A stretch of 64,000 nt of DNA, from positions 7,063 through 71,062 of the forward strand of contig DATCFM010000099.1 in the NCBI GenBank assembly GCA_036509515.1, given 5' to 3'. Numbering within the stretch: position 1 is the stretch's first letter; every line of letters begins with the position of its first letter. The position numbers were made by a program, and so were the translations under genes. This DNA is from Acidobacteriaceae bacterium (GTDB taxonomy: Bacteria; Acidobacteriota; Terriglobia; Terriglobales; Acidobacteriaceae). Below are positions 41,701-48,556 of the stretch, in pieces. Under the pieces are notes generated by a model that made no database searches, had not been told where the DNA came from, and saw nothing but the letters and a program-made list of their open reading frames with translations.

Positions 41701-42273
41701 CGGAGCAGCAACCTCTGCCGGCTCCGCAGGCGCGCCTTCATGGCCGTCCGCGCTTCCAGGACGTCCCCGTCGCCGCCCGCGACGTCCGCGCCAACGGCGG
41801 CTGTTCTCATCACCAGCGGCCTCATCGCCGCCGGCGTCTGCGCTCTCATCACCCTCGCCACGCAAACTCACCGGCTCGGTTTCATCGCCCGCATTCTCCG
41901 CCGGCGCAGCCTTCCCCCGACGCGGACGCTCGCCACGCCCTTCACTGCGTTCCCGTCCTTCGCCTCGTTCGCGGCCTTCATTCCGTTCGCGACGTCCGCC
42001 CGTGCGCGCGCCCTCGCCGCCATCGAAGTCCGCGGCGTCGCCCTGCTCTTCCATGAAATCGGTGATGTAGAGAAACGCATCGCGCTCCAGGCCGACGTCC
42101 ACAAAACTGGACTGCATGCCTGGCAACACCCGCGTTACGCGTCCGTTATAAATCGAGCCCGCGAGCGTGTACTCATTCTCGCGCTCGTAATAAACCTCGG
42201 TGAGTTCGTCCTTTTCAACGATCGCCAGCCGCGTCTCATGCGGCGTGCTGGAGATATAAATTTCCTTTGACAT
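38755..42273 (-). CDS. rne: Ribonuclease E/G with a long disordered insertion inside the S1 domain
   Basis: GSIYNGRVTRVLPGMQSSFVDVG...(about 700 aa R/E/G-rich)...LLVQIAKEPIAKKGARIT; AIDINTG, IRLRDLGGIIVIDFIDM, CGICTGTG Zn-link. Confidence 0.93.
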   Translation of the reverse strand: MSKEIYISSTPHETRLAIVEKDELTEVYYERENEYTLAGSIYNGRVTRVLPGMQSSFVDVGLERDAFLYITDFMEEQGDAADFDGGEGARTGGRRERNEGRERGEGRERSEGRGERPRRGKAAPAENAGDETEPVSLRGEGDESADAGGDEAAGDENSRRWRGRRGRRRGRPGSADGHEGAPAEPAEVAAPAEERSHGSRESGGESGRQSGHEAGRDSGREAGRDSGRGREGRGGRDAVRGRQESIRERFAPRGHRAGGEEETVDLSASAEPFILPGESLSKYRRGEESGRGGADTGRSESAAPFMATVRPSTEFELPAAWDGGLTLPGESLSRHRGGETAPRESRESHAQTSGREGGSESGRGRRRERDEQRGRSGRGERSGRPERSGRFESHDRSLTPAEAVQPAVTSQHEPEPSARPFSDDVPAFEVAETEARMELEHQAARDVKYEAATDLAPAETQAPALGEDLLEAVEEFHETVAEYEPGEEASASYRVGAAAPREFRHGGTVDEATEPGDAEGVAEVRMDESHGFAGATPAHEFTAVQPTGEMISEWPLTPEAETAREEAGQTGAPVADEGAVPSVDLAHAESPQTFAPGTGQLEEELMDDEEGELPALHAAGGEDYEEETLEHDADLGTMLREMSIDQLTRSDAAELDEDEEDDDFDISEEEMEEDELDADESIAGSDVDEIEEEDAADEEESDGADTEAEEGEVRPAGESSTEREPGRGRVRRDGRDRGRGRGRERDSRDSRRGAGSGRNGGRSGRHSMQTTDLPAISDLLKPGQELLVQIAKEPIAKKGARITSHIALPGRFLVFMPTVNHVGVSRKIESDAERRRLKEILLSEKGEASGGFIVRTAASGASEEELRSDLRFLLNLWADIKQRSESSKSPALIYHDLNLVERILRDQVTDNFSAIWVDTETEYERVLRFLQRFQPSLIRRVKLYSKETPLFEQFGIQEEINKALRSKVWLKSGGSIVINQTEALVAIDINTGKYVGKTARLEDTIVKTNLDAIPEIVRQIRLRDLGGIIVIDFIDMDERRNRQKVLIALEDELKKDRAPSKVLQFNDFGLVAITRKRVKQSLERTLSTTCGICTGTGMVKSPITVCNEIFIELRKMHRHLEKGDIMLRVNPEVVKQLKSNGGKWLQEMEEMSRKTILVKSDPSLHPEQFDIH

Positions 42274-42920
42274 TGCTGCTCTGCTTTCCGCCCGCCTGGA
42301 TCTCGTGACCCAATAGCAGGCTGGCAGAACAGGCAGAATCGCGCCCGCGAAACCTCAGTTTCGCGTGGCTGCCCTCCGCTGTACGGACGAGGTATGAGCT
42401 GCGGAGACTGGAGGAAACTTCAGCAAAGAGCTATGCCCCCGGTCGCGCAACCTGCGCGATCCCGAGCATCTGCCATGAGAGAGGACTTCCAGTGTGACGC
42501 TGTGTGCCCGGGGCGCGGTTCTTATGCCCTTCGGCAAAATTCGCCCTGCGGAGTTTGTGACCAACTCAACCTCATCCTGAGGCGGGGTCGTTAGAGCGTT
42601 TCTCCTATTGCTGTGAGCTGGGTGACGCATGCGAGTGCCGTTTTCATTGCCGGAAAACGGCCATAGAACCCGAACCTTCGCTGCACGTCTATAGGAGAAA
42701 TGCTCGAGCCGTCCGCTTGGCTGCATTCTCAAAACCTGTCCGGCCCTCGGAAGTTGATCCAACCTGGCCGGCCTTCTAAAACGATCTTGTGTGACCGCTG
42801 CAACGGGGAAATGGTCCCATCCGCGCAACAGTCAATAAGTTCCGGCTGACCCTTCCGGGCAAGCCGCTGCCTCTAGTATGCACGAAACGGCAAGGAATAG
42901 GAACGGCCACCGACCGGAAA

Positions 42921-43002
42921 GACAGCAGAGATACAGATAGTAGACAGTAGGAACGGCCTGTCTTCCTCTACTGTCCGCTGTCTTCCTGTCTACTGTCTGC
43001 TA
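42921..43002. repeat. Inverted clusters of degenerate heptamers (AGACAGT / ACTGTCT) after the rodA stop
   Basis: gacagca-gagatac-agatagt-agacagt facing ctactgt-ccgctgt-...-ctactgt-ctgc. Confidence 0.6.
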
Positions 43003-44103
43003 GTTCACAAATCTCCCCATCCTTACATTCATCACAATCCCCAGCGCCAGGAACGTAAACAGCACCGACGACCCGCCATAGCTCATCAACGGCAGCGGAA
43101 TGCCGGTCACCGGCATCAGCCCAATGCACATCCCTATATTGATGGCGATCTGGAACGCCAGCACGCCCACAATCCCCATCACCAGCAGCGATCCCGGCGC
43201 ATCCGAGGCCGTCTGCGCGTTCTGAATCAGCCGCACCAGAATCAAGAAGTACAACACCAGGACCAGCATCGCGCCCACAAAACCGTGCTCCTCGCAGAAC
43301 GCCGCGAAGATAAAGTCGGTGTACGGAATGGGCAAAAAGTCTCCCTGTGTCTGGCTTCCCTTGTTCGCTCCCTGTCCCCAGATACCGCCCGAACCTACTG
43401 CAATCAGCGACTGCCGAATCTGATAGCCCGAACCCTTCGGGTCCGAGTCAGGGTTCAGGAACGCATTGATGCGCGCCTGCTGATAAGGCTTCAACCGCTT
43501 GCCCGTCGCGAACCCCAGCCCCGCCAGCATCGCCAGCGCCAGGCAGAGGATCACCGCCTGCTTCCAGCGCATGCCTCCGAGAAACAGCCCCACCACCAGC
43601 ACCGGAAGATAGGTCAGCGCCGTCCCCAGGTCAGGCTGCTTCAGCACCAGCAGCATCGGAACCCCGATCAGCGCGCCGATCTTCACAACGTCCATCCACT
43701 CCATCTCTTCGCCCACGCGCGTCCACAGAAAGCGCGCCGCCGCGATAATCAGTACCAGCTTCACCCACTCCGACGGCTGAAAGTGCAACCCGCCTCCGAG
43801 GTTGATCCACCGCCGCGCCCCCAGCACCTTCTGCCCTACATGCGGAATCAGCACCGCCACCAGCGACACCAGGCAGATTCCATACGCCCACGCCGCAATA
43901 TCCAGCAGCCGGTGATAGTCGATCATCGACATCACGAACATGCACACCAGCCCAACCGCGATGAACTCGATCTGCTTGGTCTGAAAGCCGTGAAACTTCG
44001 TCGTCGCCGTAGCCGAGCGAATCTCCCACACGCTGATCACCGACATCACCAGCACAAAGGCCAGCAGCGTCCAGTCAAAGTCACGGAGTCGTGTTCGCAA
44101 CAT
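43000..44103 (-). CDS. rodA: Rod shape-determining protein RodA
   Basis: GARRWI, QPSEWVK, KQPDLGTA, GSGYQIRQSLIAVGSGG, TDFIFA, PVTGIPLPLMSYGGSS. Confidence 0.96.
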   Translation of the reverse strand: MLRTRLRDFDWTLLAFVLVMSVISVWEIRSATATTKFHGFQTKQIEFIAVGLVCMFVMSMIDYHRLLDIAAWAYGICLVSLVAVLIPHVGQKVLGARRWINLGGGLHFQPSEWVKLVLIIAAARFLWTRVGEEMEWMDVVKIGALIGVPMLLVLKQPDLGTALTYLPVLVVGLFLGGMRWKQAVILCLALAMLAGLGFATGKRLKPYQQARINAFLNPDSDPKGSGYQIRQSLIAVGSGGIWGQGANKGSQTQGDFLPIPYTDFIFAAFCEEHGFVGAMLVLVLYFLILVRLIQNAQTASDAPGSLLVMGIVGVLAFQIAINIGMCIGLMPVTGIPLPLMSYGGSSVLFTFLALGIVMNVRMGRFVN

Positions 44104-44204
44104 GTGCTATTCCTGCCCGTCTTCCCAGATCGCCGCCTGTTTTGTCGCGCGCGCGCCGCTCTCTGTCCTTAGGAATGACACAGTTTCACACTGGGCAACG
44201 ATCA

Positions 44205-44360
44205 GGTACCCCGAGGCTTCAGCCTCGGGTCTCATAGGTCTTGAGAAGAATAGGGCTTTAGCCCTAAGGTTTGCTTTTCTTCCTGGCTGCCATTTTTCAG
44301 CACCTTCTTCAGCCGTGCCATAAGTCGCCGAAAGAGAAGGGGGCTTTAGCCCCTGAGGTA
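44205..44360. repeat. Cluster of REP-like palindromes (GGCTTCAGCC / GGGCTTTAGCCC family)
   Basis: CCCGAGGCT-TC-AGCCTCGGG 44210-44229; AGGGCTTTAGCCCT 44252-44265; half-site CTTCAGCCGTGCC at 44307; GGGGCTTTAGCCCC 44340-44353. Confidence 0.8.
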
Positions 44361-44431
44361 CGACCTCCTCCAACTGAGCACGATTGAGAATCGCCAGCGA
44401 GCAAGTAAGATAATCATGCGAGACGCAACCC

Positions 44432-44647
44432 ATGGACGAACTGGACCGCATCACACACAATCCGGCTGTCATGCAGGGCAAAGCATGCATTCGGGGAATG
44501 CGAGTCACCGTGCGCACGATCGTGGGCCTGATGCGCACAGGCGTAAGCATTGAAGAGGTCCTCGATGCGTATCCATATCTGGAGCGCGAGGATATCGTGC
44601 AGGCGCTGCGGTATGCCACTCTCTCTACACCATCACCGCGCTCCTGA
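44432..44647 (+). CDS. DUF433-domain (putative antitoxin) protein, orphan
   Basis: RITHNPAVMQGKACIRGMRVTV...EEVLDAYPYLEREDIVQALRYA. Confidence 0.9.
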   Translation: MDELDRITHNPAVMQGKACIRGMRVTVRTIVGLMRTGVSIEEVLDAYPYLEREDIVQALRYATLSTPSPRS

Positions 44648-44698
44648 GCACGGATGCAAGCCATCCTCGCATGACGCTCCTGCCGCTCCGCCTGCACG

Positions 44699-46606
44699 CT
44701 ATTGCCCACCTGTAGTAGAGATAGCGGTCGCCACCGTAGGTTCCGGTTTGGGCGTCGAAGCCAGCTTCTGCAGATTGCCCGCCCTCGCCCGCTGTTTGTT
44801 CACAAACGCATTCACCACCTGCGCCGCCAGCCGCGCCGAATTATTTCCCCAGTTGCCGTGTTGCCACAGCACCGCCACCACAATGTCCGGATTGCGCCGT
44901 GGCGCGATCCCAACAAACCACGCATTCGGCTCCGTCTCGTGCCCGTGGCCCGTGGCCGCCAGAGCGGTGTGGCTCATCACCTGCGCCGTCCCCGTCTTGC
45001 CCGCAAAATCAATTCCGTCCAGATGCTCCGCAGCCGCGGTCCCAATCGGGGATTGGGTGACACCCGCCATATCGTCGGTAATGGTCTCCCAGTTCTCCGT
45101 CGTCAGCGGAATCGTCTTATTCCCCGAGCCTGGATATGTCTCGTGGATCGCCTCAAGCTGCTCGGCCGTCAGCTCGTCATCGAAGACCAGATGCGGCCGT
45201 CGCAGCACGCCGCCCGAGGCAATCCCGCTGATCGCGCGCGCCAGTTGCAGCGGCGTCACCTCGATCGCTCCCTGCCCGATGCCCACCGAGATCGTCTCGC
45301 CCGCATACCACTTGTCGTGTTGCGTCTTCAGCTTCCACTCCGTCGACGGCATAATCCCCGCCGCCTCATCCGGCAGGTCGACGCCCGTCTTCTCGCCGAT
45401 CCCGACGCTCTCCGCGTACTTCGCAATCGTATCGATCCCCAGCTTGTTGGCCAGCGTGTAATAGAAGGTGTCGCAGGAGTACGGCAGCGCACTGTGAATA
45501 TCGACCGCCCCATGGTGCTTGTCGCACGCAAAGAAGTGCCCATAGAACGTTGCCCCGCCATTGCACTCCACGTGCATCGTCTGCGCGACGTTCTCCTCCA
45601 GACCCGCGAGCGTCATAATCACCTTGAACGTCGAGCCCGGCGCAAGCTGCGCCTGGATCGCCTTGTTCATCAGCGGATGATCGGGGTTGGTCAGGATCGT
45701 CTGCCAATAGGCGCGGCTCAGCTTCACCGCAAACTGGTTCGGATCGAACGTTGGCCGCGAAACCATCGCCAGGATCTCGCCGGTGTGCGGGTCCATCGCC
45801 ACAATCGCACCCGTCTTTCCCTCCAGCGCCTTCTCCGCGGCCTTCTGGATATCGAGATCGATCGTCAGCCGCAGGTCCTTGCCCGGCACCGCCATCTCCT
45901 CGCCCATCACGCCGACCTCGCGGCCATGCGAGTTCACGATCATATCGCGCGATCCGTCCGTGCCCCGCAGCATCTCGTCATACGTCTCTTCGAGGCCGGA
46001 CTTGCCCACCACATCGCCCGGCGAATAGAACGTATACTTCGACTGGTTCAGGTCCGCTTCGCTCACCTCGCCCACATAGCCGATCACGTGCGCCATGAAA
46101 CCGTTGGGCGGATACAGCCGCCGCTGCTCGTCTAATGTTTCGAGTTCAGGCAGATCGTCGCGATGCGCCGCAATAAACGCCTGCTCATCCGGCGTAATGT
46201 CCTGCTTCAACGGAATCGGCTGATACTTCGGCGCGCTCTGAAAGTGCCGGATCGCCGCCTGGATCTGCTCCACCGGCATGTGCAGCCCGCTGGCAATCAG
46301 CGGCAGATCGGCGTCGAGATTCTTCTGCCCTTCGCGTATCAAAAAGCAGCTCACCGAAGGATAGTTGTCGACGATGATCCGCCCCTCGCGATCGAAGATC
46401 CGCCCCCGCGGCGCCAGCACCGGCACCTTGCGAATCCGGTTCTGCTCTGCCAGCACCCGGTAGTTCGACGCGCCCAGCACCTGCACCCGCCACAACGCCG
46501 CGCCCAGGATCAGCAGCATCAGCGTCACCACATACTGCGCGACGCTCAGCTTCGCCTGCGAAACCTTCTCGCGCCGGCCCAGATTCGAGTTGTCATCGTT
46601 CGACAT
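44699..46606 (-). CDS. mrdA: Penicillin-binding protein 2
   Basis: APRGRIFDR, PGSTFK (SxxK), SCD (SxD/N), GKTGTAQV. Confidence 0.95.
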   Translation of the reverse strand: MSNDDNSNLGRREKVSQAKLSVAQYVVTLMLLILGAALWRVQVLGASNYRVLAEQNRIRKVPVLAPRGRIFDREGRIIVDNYPSVSCFLIREGQKNLDADLPLIASGLHMPVEQIQAAIRHFQSAPKYQPIPLKQDITPDEQAFIAAHRDDLPELETLDEQRRLYPPNGFMAHVIGYVGEVSEADLNQSKYTFYSPGDVVGKSGLEETYDEMLRGTDGSRDMIVNSHGREVGVMGEEMAVPGKDLRLTIDLDIQKAAEKALEGKTGAIVAMDPHTGEILAMVSRPTFDPNQFAVKLSRAYWQTILTNPDHPLMNKAIQAQLAPGSTFKVIMTLAGLEENVAQTMHVECNGGATFYGHFFACDKHHGAVDIHSALPYSCDTFYYTLANKLGIDTIAKYAESVGIGEKTGVDLPDEAAGIMPSTEWKLKTQHDKWYAGETISVGIGQGAIEVTPLQLARAISGIASGGVLRRPHLVFDDELTAEQLEAIHETYPGSGNKTIPLTTENWETITDDMAGVTQSPIGTAAAEHLDGIDFAGKTGTAQVMSHTALAATGHGHETEPNAWFVGIAPRRNPDIVVAVLWQHGNWGNNSARLAAQVVNAFVNKQRARAGNLQKLASTPKPEPTVATAISTTGGQ

Positions 46607-46640
46607 CGGTACTCTCTGTTCTCTGTTCGCTCATCTCTGC

Positions 46641-47165
46641 CTACTCCCGAATCTTGAAGCGGTCCAGCATATAGAAGATCGGGATCGCCACAACCGTCGT
46701 CGCCACTGCGCGAATCAGCTCATGCATCGGTTGTAGATGGACGCTCGCATCGCCCAGAAGTCGTCTCGAAATCAGATACAGCATCCCGCTCTGCAGCAGG
46801 CTGAAGCCGAAGTTCAGCAGCACCCGGCTGATCACGTTGTCCACGTCGATCGCAAATCCAATGCTTGCCGCGATATACCCGACCACGCCCTTGGCAATCC
46901 CATTCACGCCGAACGGGTGTCCCGTCAGCCCATCCTGCAACAGCCCGATCACCGTGCCTGTAATCGTGCCCGAGATAGGATTGCGCCGCGCCACCGCAAA
47001 GAAGATCGTCGCAATCAGCGGCAGGTCAATATACGTAAACTTCGGAAACGTCTTCGGCAGCATCGCCTGCAAAATCAGGCACAGCAGCGGCGCCAGGATC
47101 GTGACCGCCGGGCGAAAGGCGTATTGATCCAGCTCGCGTCGCGAGGTGTAACTGTGCTCAGGCAT
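46641..47165 (-). CDS. mreD: Rod shape-determining protein MreD
   Basis: Hydrophobic; IDLPL, GLLQD; lies between mreC and mrdA. Confidence 0.9.
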   Translation of the reverse strand: MPEHSYTSRRELDQYAFRPAVTILAPLLCLILQAMLPKTFPKFTYIDLPLIATIFFAVARRNPISGTITGTVIGLLQDGLTGHPFGVNGIAKGVVGYIAASIGFAIDVDNVISRVLLNFGFSLLQSGMLYLISRRLLGDASVHLQPMHELIRAVATTVVAIPIFYMLDRFKIRE

Positions 47166-47197
47166 GGGGACCGTCGTGTCTCAGCATAGTTTCACGT

Positions 47198-48445
47198 TTA
47201 CCGCTCATCCGCTTTCGGTGTCGATCCCCCGCTCGTCTGCGGTTGCGCTGCACCACCCTGCGGCTGCGCCGAACCCGACGGCGGCTGCGCTGGCGCACCC
47301 GGCTTCAACTCCTCCGCCGGCGGCGTTGCTCCCGGCGTGTAACGATCAGGATGGACCGCCGGCGTCACCTTGGGCAGTCCCGAGTTCGGCACCCCGGGCA
47401 AGCCTCCAACCTCATCGCTCGGCGTCGCCGCCGCAACCGGCTTCCCATCCGGCCCAATCTGCGGCTTGGCCTGCGTATCGTCGCCGATGCTGGGCAGCTT
47501 CTGCGCCAGCACATCCGCCGCGCGCCTGGTCTCCTCCGCCGTCGCCTCCGCCTGCGCCGCATCCGCCTGCGCCGCCGCGGGCATCGTGCCCGACGTCCCG
47601 GTAATCACCAGCACCTCTTCCAGCCGCGACAGATCCGCCGCCGGCTTGATCACGATCGCCGTATACGGCTGATGCTGCGGGTCTGGCGCAATCGACTCGA
47701 TCGTTCCCACCGGCAGCCCGCGCGGAAACACCATGTCGCCGCCCGAAGTCACCACCGTCTCGCCCGGCTTGATCCGCGAATCCTGCGTCAGGTTATTGAT
47801 CTCCACCTCTCCACTCGACGTCCCGCGCAGAATCCCGCGAATGCGCGACGACTCCAGCAGCACGCCCGCGCCCGAGCTCGAATCATTAATCAGCAGCAGC
47901 TGCGACGTATGCGGAAACACATCGCGCAGCTTGCCCACAACGCCATAGGGCGTAATCACCGCCTGGTCCGGCCGCAGTCCCTCCGACCATCCTTTATCCA
48001 GGTACAGCACATGCGAGCGATCCGATCCGCTGGTTCCAATCACCTGCGCCGCCACCGTCTTCGCAATGTACTTGTGCTGAAATCCCAGCATCGTTTCCAG
48101 CCGCCGTCCCTGCGCCGCATCTTCGGCAAACGCCGCCTGCTCCTCGCGAAGCTCGGTCACCTCCTGCTTCAACTGCTCGTTCTGCCGGCGCGCTCCGCGA
48201 AGATACAAGTAGTTATCCCACACATGGCGCGTGTGCAGGCTCACCGCATGCACCGCGCGCTCGGGCGGCGTCACCAGCGCTACCGTCCATCGCCGCAGCA
48301 GCGTAATCCTCTTCCCATCCGGCGCGCTTCCCGGCAGCGTCCCTTCCACAGGACGCTGCACCTGCACCGCGAGCGCCACTATCTGCAGCAGCACAAGCGC
48401 AATCAGTACCAGGGCGTTTTTAAATCGGACGAAGAAGGAATCCAT
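47198..48445 (-). CDS. mreC: Rod shape-determining protein MreC
   Basis: Coiled coil, AQVIG, LDKG..G, VTSGGDMVFPRGLPVG, LSRLEEVLVI; Pro-rich tail. Confidence 0.93.
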   Translation of the reverse strand: MDSFFVRFKNALVLIALVLLQIVALAVQVQRPVEGTLPGSAPDGKRITLLRRWTVALVTPPERAVHAVSLHTRHVWDNYLYLRGARRQNEQLKQEVTELREEQAAFAEDAAQGRRLETMLGFQHKYIAKTVAAQVIGTSGSDRSHVLYLDKGWSEGLRPDQAVITPYGVVGKLRDVFPHTSQLLLINDSSSGAGVLLESSRIRGILRGTSSGEVEINNLTQDSRIKPGETVVTSGGDMVFPRGLPVGTIESIAPDPQHQPYTAIVIKPAADLSRLEEVLVITGTSGTMPAAAQADAAQAEATAEETRRAADVLAQKLPSIGDDTQAKPQIGPDGKPVAAATPSDEVGGLPGVPNSGLPKVTPAVHPDRYTPGATPPAEELKPGAPAQPPSGSAQPQGGAAQPQTSGGSTPKADER

Positions 48446-48556
48446 CGAGGACAGTCAGCTTAATTTCGAGACATCTATCAGGGTGAGGGCTCTCTCCCAT
48501 TATTTCATTCTGCCGCCCCGTCTGATAGCGCGATATCCCCTGCTAGCATCAAGGCC

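Noticed and set aside
39811-42270. 819-aa plus-strand ORF opposite rne, and similar long antisense ORFs at 6506-8035, 21830-23248, 30245-31594 and 44702-46135
   Set aside because: Shadow frames of high-GC genes; no recognisable motifs, and the opposite strand carries clear conserved proteins.
44107-44709. 200-aa minus-strand ORF between mrdA and rodA
   Set aside because: It is the antisense of the DUF433 gene plus translated REP sequence (PQGLKP, PEAEASG).
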